From Schizochytrium sp. TIO01 (Eukaryota; Protista; Bigyra: Labyrinthulomycetes), in NCBI GenBank assembly GCA_004764695.1, contig SMSO01000032.1, positions 5,550,483 through 5,614,482 of the forward strand: a DNA stretch of 64,000 bases. Reading direction: 5' to 3'. The position numbers and the translations under genes were made by a program. Every line of letters starts with the position of its first letter. Positions within the stretch are counted from its first letter, which is position 1. The notes beneath the pieces are model-generated. The model had not been told where the DNA came from. It made no database searches and was given only the letters and a program-made list of their open reading frames with translations. Positions 1 to 13,600 of the stretch are shown here, one piece after another.

Positions 1-1761
1 TGACCTTATCTTCAAGCTTGGCATCGTGTACAAAATCAGTTCATGGGGGCCAAACCTTGCGAACGTGAGTGCATGCATACAACGGACTTGGCTCCGCCTC
101 ACCTCCTGCATTAGATTAATTTAATTCCATTGTCGATAGTTTACAATGAAGTTCTCGTGTCGTAAGAACTCCAGGGAAAATGACCCAAAGAACTCCAAGC
201 ACCCTTTCAAGCTAGCTCGACATACTTCTTCGTGCGAGATGCTTTGTGCAAAGTGGAGGGCAGGGCACTCGTGAATCGGAAGTAGAGGTCATGACAGCTT
301 CAGGTGGGAAGCGGTTTCAGGGTATCTCTGCAGGCTGGTCTGCTTGTACTAGGCCAAGATAAATAAATAGACCTTCACGATCGATGTTGAAGTCGTCCCA
401 AGCTGTCTGGGTGAGGTGAAACGGAACCGAAGAGCGAGTATTGCAGTTGTATGCAATCAGGGACTAGGGATGTTTGCCTCTTCACGACGCGAGTGAGAAC
501 TCGCTTTGCCTGAGTCATTTTGTTATATTCAAAGTATGTGTGCTCAGTCGGACAAGCAGACTTTGTGCAACTGAGGGAAACTAAACAACGGGAGAATATG
601 AAGGAAGAAAATACCATTGGTATAGACATTATTATGATAGGAAGACCACACAGGTTGCATGAATCAAGATGTACCTGACTATAGGCTTGAGATGTCAATT
701 GTTCATTCATGTGTTACAAAATGTCAAGGGTATCTATAGCCTAGTATGACCAGTCAATGTCGGTGTGCGAACCATCACGGCGACACGTATGCCAATTCTA
801 CTCAATAAAAGCTACGAAAATCGTCAATGATATCCCTCTGACTGGGATGCGTCTTCGCGGAAGTACCTCAAACAAAGGCAAAGGTTTTCAAAACAACCTT
901 ACACTTTACAAAGCTAATTTCACTTGTATAAATTCTCAACGATTGTTTCCTTCCCTCATTTTTGCTTTAACGATACTGGTGCTGAAGGATCTTTGAATTA
1001 CATAAAGAGTATAAACAGCCAAATCAAGGAATTCGGGTAAACAAGATAGGTTGGAAAACAGAAAAAAAGAGATATTGAAAGCAAAGACAATCTTCTTTTG
1101 TGCGGCACGAACGGCCGTTTACTATGTTCTACAGGAAGGGATGTTTGCAATGAATTGAGCTCCAAAGTGGGAGGTCATGACGGAGAGATAAAGTAATGGA
1201 CTAGGACGGTTATGTATCACGATTAAGCAATATCTTGCGCGATTGGGTTTGTGAGTGTGTGCAGGATGGCAAGATTAAGCTTGAAGTCGCGAAGGTGATC
1301 ATCTAAACTAGAGATAGGAGGAAAGGCACCAGGGCTGCTCAATGCGGGCGCGCCCATGCGTCCGTCTCCAAGACGAGCGAAGGGACCAACAGACTTGAGT
1401 TGAGTACGTCTAGAAAGTCATTTCAAAAGCTGTATCGAACAGGAGAACTGGTGTGGATGATGAAGAATGGTATATCCTAGATGCAATGAGCACCATGACA
1501 GAAGGGGAAAACAACTGCAGCACCCCGTCGCAAGCGCAGCAGCTGTAAAAAAGGGGGGTATGTGGGAGTGTGTGCAATGGTCGTCAACGCCCTGACTTCA
1601 TGAAGCCAAGGCGGACTGGGTTCGGGCAACAGCATGAATCGGGTTGACACAAGAGCTCAACAGCTCTACTGTGTTGAGTCTTCTTCACGCTGACATGCCC
1701 AGTGGAGAATTGATATCGGTAAGGAGGTTCACCTTCTAGCTAAGCTGAACAGAGGGCATCC

Positions 1762-1956
1762 TTAGAAGGAGGTGCGCTTGGTGAAGGAGTTCTTGCGACA
1801 GAGCAGGAGATACTGACCCTGTTCGGGCTTCTTCTGAGTAAGCGCAGAGGAAGAGAGAGCCTTGCCGATGCCAGCAATCTTGGCGCGGAAGGATGAGGAG
1901 CGCTTGGCCTGCTGGCCAGAGGACTCGCTGGAGGATGATTCTCTTGAGAAAGCCAT
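1762..1956 (-). CDS. Putative 64-aa basic, Ser-rich small protein of unknown function
   Basis: ATG in gcaaaATGGct context, matching starts of clear genes here (ggaaATGGca, gaaaATGGca). Many C/G-ending codons; TAA stop. Preceded by an (AAAC)n tract and a promoter-like region at 2.2-2.9 kb. Confidence 0.45.
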   Translation of the reverse strand: MAFSRESSSSESSGQQAKRSSSFRAKIAGIGKALSSSALTQKKPEQGQYLLLCRKNSFTKRTSF

Positions 1957-1965
1957 TTTGCTTCT

Positions 1966-1990
1966 TTGTTTGTTTGTTTGTTTGTTTGTT
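1966..1990. repeat. (TTTG)n microsatellite
   Basis: About 6 tandem copies, immediately 5' of the small ORF on the - strand. Confidence 0.9.
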
Positions 1991-2551
1991 ATAAAGCTAG
2001 CTTTTGCTCGATGCGCTCGGAAGCTGTCTGGCTGGTTTGGGGTTTGGTGTTCTTCGACTCGAGTTCGAGACTGGTTGCAGCGAAGCGGTGGCTATTGCGT
2101 GCGTGCTATGCTTGCTCTTGCAAGGATGCTGCGTGCGGGCCTGCTGCGAAGTGAAAGCTACAAGCGACTATAGTTCATGCCAGGCGAAGGAGGGCTGCAG
2201 CGACTCTCAAGTTTCGTGTTTGAATCACCTCGCTGCTCGCCCGCGTGCCTCGCCCCCCCTACTGCGCCTAGCCAACCCCTACTGCCCCCTTACTAACACT
2301 AACACCAAACACTCAGACAGAACAACATAATAACAAAAGAATAATTAAATACATAACAAGAGCATCAAAACAACTCAACTCACAAACAGTATTTCCTCGC
2401 TCACCGAGTGCTAGTCCTCCTCTAGCCACCCGTAGCCATTTCCCTACTTGCCGGCTCGCCCTGGCGCCGCTAGGCGAATCGCTAGCGCACGCCTAGCACA
2501 CCCTGCGCAGCTTCCACTTTCTGAGAGAGAGCTCGCGCCCTGTTAGTTGGC

Positions 2552-2613
2552 GGGAGGGCTAGGGGCTGGATAGGGGTAATGGTAGGGGTGGGTGTTTGGT
2601 ATAAAAGGGGGGG
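2552..2613 (+). promoter_or_regulatory. G-quadruplex-capable G-run cluster followed by a TATA-box-like TATAAAAG
   Basis: GGGAGGGCTAGGGGCTGGATAGGGGTAATGGTAGGGGTGGG (2552-2592), then TATAAAAGGGGGGG at 2600-2613. Confidence 0.4.
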
Positions 2614-5600
2614 CTTAGGCGGGATGGCTATGATAAATGGTAAGGGTTGAGGGAAGCAGGAGAGGCGAAAAATCAGAACGTGAGCAGAGAAAGTGGAAAC
2701 TGAGAGAAGGTAAGAGGGAATGGAGGTTTTCAGTGGGGGCTCAGAGGGGAGGGGTCGAAGGTTTGAGAGGTTTTGGATAAATTGATGTGTTGGGAAAAGG
2801 GCGACTGTTAGGGGAAGAGAAGGACTAAGTTTGGTCGATGAGAGGGAACTGGGTTGTGAGGTAAACAGGGCTTTGTGAGTAGAAATTCCTGAGAGGAAGT
2901 TGATGACTGACACTTTCACCATCATTCGATCAGTTTGTATCGAAACAATTCTTTTCGATTTTTAAAGAAATAAACAAACAAAACCATCAAACATTTAGTT
3001 CTTATTTTTTTTTTAATTTTCTAATGCGAAAAGTACTTACTTTCAAAACAAAGAACACCACTCAACCTCTTATAGCCTAAGAATAAAATGTTTTACAGGA
3101 AACATTGCTTTGGCCGCTTGAAGAAGAACCAATTCGCCCTCGAGCTTCAAGGACAGAGGTCTTTCCCGCCCGAAGGAGGCGGCCACAAGAGCAGTTTTGT
3201 CTGTCAAGCGGGCTTCAGGCTCAGTCAGGGAGCACCACAATCGCTCACTCAATCAATCAATCCCTAATGCTTCTGGCTCACGGGGAGGCGCCTCTTCTCT
3301 CTCACACTTCCTTATTACTTCTGTTCCCAACTCGGAACACATATGACTGTTTTTGTTTGTTTGTTTGTTTGTTTGTTTCTTTCTTTCTTTCTTTCTTTAC
3401 CAATTTTCATTTAATCAAAACTTTTGTAGTTATTATGCCTCATTATGGCTGCGTGAGCGAGCGGATGGAATGGAACACTCAACGAACTCAGGTGCGTAGA
3501 GGCTGCTAGGGAGGTGGTAGTGGAGCCATGTTCATCGACATGGGCCGTCGTAGTGCTGGGTATGCGAGTGATAGAAAGTAACAACTCGTGTTCGATGATA
3601 CAATTGATCGATCCTTTCCAAGTTTCGACTCAAGAGGCAAAAGAAGTTCACTTTTACCGAAAACGAAAAACCTTTCGCTGAAAAGGAACGACCCAGAGAA
3701 CGCTTTCGACAAAGAAAAGAAAAACTAAAGTTAAAACCTAAAGAGCTTAAAAGAAACCAAAACAGCCCAGCGAAAGTATTTTTTTCCCACCCTCCTTATC
3801 TTCTTCGCCTCAAACCCGAAAAGAACGATGATGTGACAGAAGAGAGAGAGAAGAACACAATAAGAGGGACAAAAAGCAAGAGGTAAGCGAGAAACCAATT
3901 AGAACGCAGAGACTACGATCGACCCGTTCTTTTCGTTCACCTCGAGCATCAGCAATGTACAATGAGATAATTAAAAACTTTAAAACTAAATCATTAAAAA
4001 GTAATGTCAATGATTTCCAACCGAGAGCGAGAAGGCTCGCTCAACCCACTGACTCTTTGTCCAATAAGCCGCCGACTCTCGAGAGATCTCGCGGCTTTCA
4101 GGCCAAGCCTGCGGCCTCTGCCTCTCTACAGCCAACTTCGAGAGCCTGCGCTCAGGCCTCTCCGCAGCCTCGTCGAGCGTACTCGCATCCTCGTCGAGCC
4201 GTCCTCATTTTCGAAGAAGATCACCGCTCACGCAATCTTTTCAACAGCTCAGAGTGCTCAAGTCTGTCTTAATTCAAACAAAAAGAGGAACAAGAGAACA
4301 GCAGGAGATGGAAAACCACCGGGAACGATGTGAGTTATTCGCAGGATCTTTAAGGAGTGCTTGAGCTGCTTAGACGAAGGGTCGATCACTCAACGATGTA
4401 TGTCAATCAATGTATGATGATATGTATATTTAATTCTGATTTTTGGATAACGGGAGATGAAACAGTTAGTTGGTTGACCCGCCGAATTCAACTTGGCAAC
4501 TCTGTGAAAGTCAGTGGGTGGCTCTAACAGAGAGAATCCAAGAAGTTCTACTCAGTGTGGCTTAATCTGCTGTTTTCTGAAACTCTCAAAAACTTTTATT
4601 GCAGATTACATGGTTCCCGCGAACGAGCGGCGGCGAAAACGATCCTCTACGCCACTGACGCTATCTTTCAAATTTGTGAAGACTTGCCCCTCTTAACAGC
4701 ACTGCTAATATTAGTGGTAGTGACAAACAGTGGAGATATTGGAGGAACAATGGGGCAAAAAGTACGCAGGTCCTCTGTTTGAAGTAGGAGAAGAAAGCCA
4801 CTCAGGAGGAGGTGAAAAGCCATTGACGTAGCGATGAGACCTTTAACCTACCCCCGTTCTCCTTGATGAAGAGCGCACACGTTTACTTTTATCATGCAAG
4901 ATCGGAGCCGAGTGGGGTTAGGTTACGTTGCATTGCAGGATGAGTCCACGAGTTTACCACAATCCGCGTGCTAACGATATAAGTGAGGTTGACAGTAGTC
5001 TAAACAAGAGGATACAGGCTCTTACTGAACATAGGCAACGAAATTTAAAAATGATTCATTTTTAGTAAGTTTCTTTTTCATTATGGTATAGGGTGAAAGA
5101 GAAAGAGAGTTGAAAAAAAGGAGAACACCAGAATGTTTATATTTTGGTGTCTTCAATCGACATTTAGGGGGTGGAAGCTTTGGGAAGGTCAGCGCCAGAG
5201 CTACCAATATGGCTCAAAAGATCGATAATAGCACATTCGAAGAGGCGCTCCAAACTATGCTTAAGGGTGTTTAAACAGAGATTGAGCAGAACCCACGCAG
5301 GAAGCAGTCAGTTGCCCAATATGTTTACTCTGTGCAGAAAGAAGAATACTTGTAATGAAGGCTTCTCTTTCTTTGCCTAGCTAGAGACCATTTTACTTTT
5401 GTTAAAAAACTAATTTTAACAGTTTGTTTATAAGCATACAAACGTTGCTAGATTTATAATTTTATATGTAATATTTTAATGAATAAATAAAAATAATAAC
5501 TCTAAGATATTATTATTTTTAATGAAAGCGCTTCTTCGATATGTCATAGTTGTGATCGATTTTGCAACCAGTAACCACCACGTGAAACCTCAAATCACTG

Positions 5601-7400
5601 GACATGCAACCGATATCGTGGTTCAAGTTTCTCTCTGGAGACAGACATCTTTGTTGAAGCCGAGTCGATTATCTCAAGGTCCTCCTCTCGAGTTGTCAGT
5701 TGAGCAGTCATTTCGAACGTCCGTATCGTTCAATGAGACGAAACGGGACGAGCCAGCCAGCAGGCTAACTTAGCTGTTCTCTGACTCCTATCAATCATTT
5801 ACGCGAAACGGTAAGTCCTCGAGTCAAGATGGTGTTGGAGCCTCTGCTTACACTAACCCTCCACCTAGCGTGTACTCTAGGCGAGCAACATCCAGCCATA
5901 AAGGAAGCTAGAAGCCAGACTAGGAAGACGGAACTTCGTCCGCGGAGGGAACGGCCAATACCCACAGTCTAGGGGCAAACGCCCGCAGCTCATAGATTGG
6001 CCGCCTTACTATCCATTTATGAGCAATATGCGGGTACGACGCTGTGGGGATAGGGAGGGCCATTCAGCACGAGTCTTGCCAAATACCTTGCTGCTTTCGC
6101 CACGAGGGCGGTGGACTCGCTGTATACCCCGCATGGTGCAGCGCTGAGGGCATAGACGCTCCTTATGTGGCGACTGAGGGGGGCTCAGGAGACTAAGGAG
6201 CACCATATTCAGCGCGGGTTGCCTGCACCTGGAGGCGTTGCAAAGCTAACAGCTCTACAGAGCAGTCCACTGTGGGTATTCTCGTGCCTTTCATGTTGTC
6301 TCATCTTCTGCATGACGCGTAGTCATCACACTCCTCCTCCTGCTTGAAACTTGAGACATCACTCTTCACTCGTTCATGCTCCTGATCCTGAGAAGGCTTT
6401 TTCTGCCTCGAGGACACCTCATCATGAAGGTTCACGATGGTTCTTTCTCACAGCAGGTGAGCTACGTCCTATATCCATGGCAAGGCGAATATCACAGGCT
6501 CCTTGCTTGAGTTTTACCTGACGCTCTTCTTCCCAACTATGCACGATTCTGCTCTGCTACCATCTATACATATTTAAATTTAATTTTCTTTCAACCCTTT
6601 TTTAATTTAATAAAAGAAAATAGATACATAAATAACAAAGTGCTGCACAATCAGCGAAAGCCTGAGACGAAGGGCCGAAGTAGTGCTTCCTTGCTTTCTT
6701 TCATGCTTTCAAGCATGCGTGCATCAGCATGGTCTCCTTATCTCTTTGCATATCTCTTTCTTTTTCCTCCCACCCGTCGGCCTCTTCAACGCTTGAGTGA
6801 CTTCTTCTTCTTCTTCTCACACACTCACTCATCCATTCACTTCATCCTGAGTTATCAAATTACTCTTTTCCTCGCACTAGTACAATAATGAGCGCAACTC
6901 TTTTTCACGTATTACACCCTCCTACCTTTCCTCCTAGCTCGCCTCTAGCACTCCCTCCTCTGTGGCTTTCCCGTAATACGCCAACTACTAGCCGTAACCG
7001 CTATGTGCTCCTAGCACACGGCGTGAGTCCTTTCTGCTGGTTTTAGTGAGCGCTGATTTAAGCATTTTGTTTGATGAGTTAGGTGAGACTTGAAGGCGGC
7101 TTTCAAGGTCCTTCGCTGCTCGAGTAAGCTGGGAATGGTGTCTTGCTGAGCGGAAGAGGACGGAAGCGGCGCTCGAGTCAGCAGGTTCTCTCCTCTGCAG
7201 AGCGTCCACGCAGCGGTCTGCACGCCACGCGGCCTGCCTCGTGCAGCCGAGTGGGCAGAAAGCCGCTGCCGCGCGAGCCTCGCTCTCGTCCACCCATCAT
7301 GAAAGACCCTGTCTCCTTATATTCACATTTAACCGCTACTTTCTATTTATTTAGGCGTCTCCAGGCCTACTTGTGCGTAGCCATCTCCTAGCACCCCTGG

Positions 7401-7450
7401 GTTGTTTGTTTGTTTATTTGTTTGTTTGTTTGTTTATTTGTTTGTTTGTT
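7401..7450. repeat. (TTTG/TTTA)n compound microsatellite
   Basis: Direct reading. Confidence 0.9.
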
Positions 7451-10400
7451 TAGTTCTGTAGTTTAGGTTTAGTTGGTTGAAAGTTTAGGACAAGAAAGTA
7501 AAGAGCTTAGTATTATTTTCAATTGTTTATTTGATTTATAATCATTGAAAAGAGAACATGAAAAGAATGAAAACACCTAAAGCGATGATAGTATTGATTT
7601 GCAAGGCAGTCAGGAGTCCGCTCGAGCCTGGAGGACTCCTAGTGGAAACAGTAGGAGACCCTCTCCGCCTGATTCGTAGCATACAGTGAGTGAGTGGAAT
7701 GGAACGAGAGAAGGTTTGCATAGATAGTTAATACATGTATTAATACATAATTCATGAGCACATCATAAATATATACGTACGTACATGCCTTCTTTAGAGG
7801 CCCGAGGAGGAGCTGCAAAGCAGGCTCTGAGTGGGTCGCGTGGCAGCGCTCACCACGAGCACAGCAGCGAGCAGTCTTGAGCTGCTTTCAGCAGTACCGG
7901 GAGACGCTCAGACGCCTCGAGGTCAGCGAGCTCGGTAAGTTTGCTGTTCTGGTGACTCTTGAGAACCACGAATTGATTCGATGGATGGAGAGAGCAGGAG
8001 AAGAAGAACAGAACGTAGGGCGCCGAAGAGAACGAACTGCGGAGATGGTTCATGATTCTTGCAGCTCGCTTTGAGATAGTAGATGCCCAGGCTCTTGGAG
8101 AAATAAAGCAATGACGATGGAAATGCGCAGCGAATCCTTAGAGCAGCTCGGGTGACAGCGCGTCGTCGACTGCTGCGCTTGGACAGGAGACCGACGAATG
8201 CATCCTGGAATTCTGGTCGGAGTCTCTGCAGTACAAACGATGAAGCGAAGCAGTTTTTATTTTTTACTTTGTCAACAAACCAAAATATCCATCAATACAT
8301 AGATTGTGTAAGCCACTGAACATGGGAAATCAAATCGATGTCAGCGATGGTACATAAAATGACAGCGACAGAGCATTTCCAAGCTCGAAGAGAGGCTCGA
8401 GAAGAGGCCCTCAAAGCCGTGCTTTATCATCGCTCGGTTTTCGGGACCTCTCTATGGATCGAAGAAGTCTGTCTGGAACCTCAAACTGTGAAATCCCAAA
8501 ATAATAGTAGCAGCGCTGCGAGCGCCTAGTCAGCGCCGGAAAGCCGCGCGGCCGACGACTGACTCGGAGAAAGTGACTCACTTTAAGCAGCGAAGTGGGC
8601 GAGGTCTCGCAGGTGCCTCGGAAGCAGAGCACAGCGACGCCCAGGGCCTCCGTCGGTCTGTCTTCAGCAGCGCGCTCGCCTGCCGAGTTTTGAGGGGCCA
8701 TCAATGCTTTTGTGTATTTCTTGGGTTTCTCATGCATGATAATTCAAGCGCACTGATTCGAGATTTTCATCAGTGAGCTGGCGAAAAGAAGAAAGCGAAA
8801 CCGGGGCTTGCAAAGAGAAAGGGTTCACGGCCGAGCCATTTCTGACTCTTCTGAGGATGAGTCGTTGGTGGGAATTCACGCAGCAGAAGGCTTAGACGCT
8901 TCGTTGTCAACCACGATTTTATTTATTTTCTGAGCAGACTTTGGTTCGATCATGAGTTGTGGCGGCCGATCGATACGTCTGTTCAAGAGCCAAGAGCCGA
9001 GGTCAGCGCGAAGGGAGTTTCGCCTTGGGACTACGAACCGTGGAATCCGCAGGAACCAGTGTGGGGACCTGCCACAAGCTGGTAGCTTGAACTGTGGACT
9101 AAAACACTGTTTCCTACTACTCCTATGTTTACGATGGTGGCTTTTTGAAGAAAAAATAATCGATTCGAACATTATTTATTTATTATTTATTATTATTTTA
9201 TTATTTTATTTATTTAATTTTGATTTACATGACAGGAAAGAATCGGCGATCACTCGATTCTTCAAAACGAGCACGAGACTGCAAGAATAAAAACCACATT
9301 CCTTCTCCAACGCATGATGCAATGCACGTTTAAGCGTGACCTTACGAAGGAACAGAGACAGCTGCGGCCACCCTCTCTTGCATTTTGAACCGAGGCTTGT
9401 TTTCATTTCAAGGTCCCAACAGAAGTTGATCAAGCAAAACAAATCGATCGATTGATTCATCGATCGCTCAGAGACCGCATTTCTTACCACAAAATTGCTC
9501 GATCTTCGCGCTGACCATCGTACTAGATCGCTTGAACTCGGATTCTGCTCTGCCAAGAATCAATGTTGATTGTATGTATCGTGGAAGTCATGGGAAAGTA
9601 ATTCGATGATCTTGGTATATACATATATATATATATATGACACCTCAAGCACCTGGCAGCGCGACAGATCGAGGACCGAATCTCTTCGGGTAATTTGTAG
9701 GCTCAACAGACACAGCTTTTGAGGACCGTGCGAAGAAGTGATCCATCCAAAGTATGCCATGTAGGAACCTGCTTCCGTTTCATTGCTCCGTTCTTCTCTG
9801 CTCCTCACCGAAGTGCTTTTTTCTTCATGTATATGATATGATGGTCCTTGACGTTTTTAATTTTCTTCTTTTTTATGATGAACCCAGGACCATAATACTT
9901 TTTTGAAAGTTTAAAAAAAATTAAAAAATTAAAAGTTTAATTAAATTACCTAAATGGCTAAAGAACGAGAACAGATTTTTAATAAGAAACTTTCCCTTCA
10001 ACTTGCAAATAAAGAACAGAACACGTCTTGTCCTAAGCGAACTTGGCTGTTTCAATTCTCCATTCCATCAGGTGAGACAACTAAGGGTGTATAAGCCTCC
10101 GCTAGCCCTCCCTTCGTTCTGCGTCATCCGATGTCACGCACGAAAAAGAGCATGATGGTGATGAAAACATTTTCTAGGAGGGGAGAGGACTTGGAAGAAG
10201 TGTTTGTACGGATTCAGAGCTATGGTGCTACTTTTGACTGAGGGAAACTCAGTGCCAGAAGAAGAAGGAAAGAAATCCCATGTACCTCAAATAATATAAG
10301 AAGTTAAAGCTATAAATAATAAATAAATAACAAATAACTTGAAGACAGACAGACTGGCGGTGCACCTCATTAATTAATCTTGGAAAGATATGGAGATGCC

Positions 10401-10533
10401 TCGATGCCTCGATCGAAGCAGCCGCTTTCTTTTAAGAAGCGTTGGAAACGAGAGAAGTATATGCTGCCAAGTCGAAAGCACTAACATGATGAGTGTTGAC
10501 CTTCAAGTCCGCCGCACCATTAGATGAATGGGT

Positions 10534-10607
10534 ATTCATTCATTCATTCATTCATTCATTCATTCATTCATTCATTCATTCATTCATTCATTCATTCATT
10601 CATTCAT
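10534..10607. repeat. (ATTC)n microsatellite, ~18 copies
   Basis: Perfect tetranucleotide array. Confidence 0.97.
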
Positions 10608-13600
10608 ACGGGCTAACGACTTGTTCCAAGTATCTGTACCTCAATCATTGGTCTCTGTTATTGTATAGTTTAAATGAAAGTCGCTGGGAAACTTTATTCT
10701 CTTGTTTTTAAAAAAAGTACTCTTTCAACTGAGGCGCGGAAGTAAAGTAAAGCTCACGCCAAACGCTGATCTGATATACATGAATATTTTGTTAATAAGA
10801 TCAATTGCGAGCAAGGCGAAATCAAAGTCTGTAGGAAGGAGTAAGCAGGAGGAAGTCCAAGGTGGCGTAGATTTATCTTTCTGCTCGCAAAACTGTCCTG
10901 GTTTCGAGGGTACGTAGATCATCCAAATATGCAGGCTTGATCGTCAAACTCTTAAGCAGCTGTCGACTTAATCAATTCACGACCTTGAGAAATTAGAACT
11001 CCAGGATTCAACGATTCGCATGTCCAATTTCATTTACTTCGCAGCACCGCATTGCATTGCAACGGAACGGAATCATTTATGAATATCGTAGCATCGCCGG
11101 AGTCCTTGATTTGTGATCATGACGAAGAAGTCTGTCTCGGTACGCCTCTGTTGTCAATGCAAATTCGAAAATTCAAGACTTACTTTGGAGTTCGTAGCAT
11201 CTCTAGCTAGCTAGTTAGAGAGTCACACGCATTAGTCACTCGCTAGCTGCTTCATAGGTGCCGTCCAATGGCTGTCAGGAAGAAGGGCTTTGGGCGAGTA
11301 CCAAAGATATCGAAGCAGACGCCACTCACGGCTTCCAACTACGCTGTTCCTTCTCATGCTTGTCATCATCTCTTGCCCGCATTCGACCCATCCCTCTTTA
11401 CTACACATAAAATTAGTTCACAATCCTCCAAGTTTTAAATTTTAAACAAACATTAAAAAAAAAAAGAAACAGTATTTCTAGCGAGAACATTGACTCACTT
11501 TTAGCAACAAAACTATAAAAACTATTGTTCTATTTTTTTTTAAGAGAACACTTTAACATGTACCAGCACCACCAAGAAGAAGAAGAAGAAGAAGAAGCAT
11601 AATCTCAAACATAACATAATCATCTATGTTTTTCCAAAAATACAGTCACAACAGAACAACCCACGAGTAAGCAAGCACAGAGGAGTAAGGAAGCAGCTCA
11701 CGAAGTACGTGAGCGTAGTAAAGTGAGAAAGTGGAACACCGCCCACGAGTTGAGAAGGTGGAAAGTGTCTCTCGCATGGTGCCTTTCTTCCTTCTCTGCC
11801 TCCACTGCGGCTGAACCTCCGTGGAACGCAAAATGGGAGGGCCTCCGCCTGCTCGTTTGGAACAGGGAACGGGGTGGAACGCGGCTCCGATGGGTGGCTT
11901 TGCGCAAAAGAAAAGCAGTCGAAGGCGCAACTTCACGCGGGAGGAGGATACGGCGAGCAAGACGAGCAGCGGCGAGCAGCCTTAGGCCCTCAGGCGCCCG
12001 CTCGCCCGCCTCTGGACACGGCGGAGAACAGAGCGGTCGCAGGCAAGTGGGCTCAGGCAGGGAGCGTGCCAGGCAGCAGGCCGGCTGCACGCTTCGAGGT
12101 CTTGGAGAATGGAACACTGCTTCGAACTTGAAGAAGAAGCTTGAAAACTTCGTCAAACGAAGGATTTTTGTTGTTTAAATCGTTGAGAATGAAGGAATTA
12201 TTTGAAAACTGGGTACTCGAGAAGCGCCGTTCTCGAGGAGGAACGGAACGCTGTTCTCTCTATCTACATATTGTTAGAGAAAGAAAGAGAAAAAGAGAGG
12301 CCTCGAAGGCTTGGCGTTCCATTTTGGGGCGTTTGCAGACCGTGAGACGGTCGATTTTTAAGAAGAAGAAGAAGAAGAGCGAACAAGATTGGAGATGAAG
12401 AAGAAGAAGAAGATGAAAGTCGCGTGCGGGAGTACGTTGCGAGATGAGGCCAAGTCCCTCAGGTGGTGCTGCTGCTGCTTGGTACGGTTGAACTCCGGGA
12501 GAGGGTGGAAGCTCGCACTTGCGTTTGATGGAGTGGGTCTTCTCCAATCTGCGGCTGTGCGGGAGAGAGGGATGGATCAACTGATGAATCTCAGTCGATT
12601 GCCTGATTGAGGTTCTCGCTCGAGAACGCGAGATTCATTTTGAAAAATTGCCGTTCTTGTTCTGTGTGTTTGATCACATGGCGATTATTTCTTTTTATGT
12701 CTAGTGCGGTTCTAGTGCACTTGTTCCCTTTGAGTAAAGCAGGCGGTGGCCGTTCTTTCTTGTGTTCTTTCCAGTCACCCTCGAAAGGGTTGCTTTGAGC
12801 TGCTGTTTCTTCCGTTCTATTCTCACTCGCTCGCTGTTCTTCTCAGAGCGAGTTGTTCGTTTAAAGCGCCTCTTTCTCGTTGTTATTATTTTTTTTAATT
12901 AAATTAAAATTCAATTTAGGAGATGTATTAGAGAAAGGAATCGAACGAAGCCTTTTCCATGTCATCTTCGAGCATGATGACAGGAAAGTCGCTTCGCCTG
13001 AGAGCTCTCGTCAAGTGGATCTTTGAAGAAAGCCGCCCCACGCATCCATCATCTGCGAAGAACATCGTTCGTTCGTTCGCTCCTCAGGAAAGAAACCCTT
13101 TGCCAACCCGGACTGTCAATCTTGAAAACGGAAGAAGGAGCTCTTTTGCGGGATTCGTAGCACATTCGCCTCTTCGACTGAGTCTCTCGTCAGTCATGAT
13201 TCATGCAACTACAATTAAGTTGAATTTTTAAAACTTTTCATAAAAATAATCATCAGTCATCTTTTTCATTCCTTTGTTTTTTTTTTTTTTTCTCTTCTTC
13301 TTAATTTGTGTGAGTGAGTATGTATCGATTCTCCCATCCTTCGTGACAATGTCCGCTTCTGCTCGCGAGCAGACTGCTTCCGGCGCACGAGCGGACGCAC
13401 GAGCAGCAGCGCAGACACCCTCTCTCTCTCCCTCGAGCGGCCCTGCTCGCACCAACTGCTTCCTTCCTTGACGCCCTCAACAACGCGAGGCTGAATGAAT
13501 GAGAGAGCTTGGCTTCTTCGCTCGCTAGCACTGTGTAGGGATACCTAACTAAAGAAGTTTGAACGCCCCTTTGAGCGATGCTAAAGAGAGAAACTGTTCA

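Noticed and set aside
2552-2620. TAGGGG/TTAGG units as interstitial telomere
   Set aside because: Units are irregularly spaced and not a tandem array
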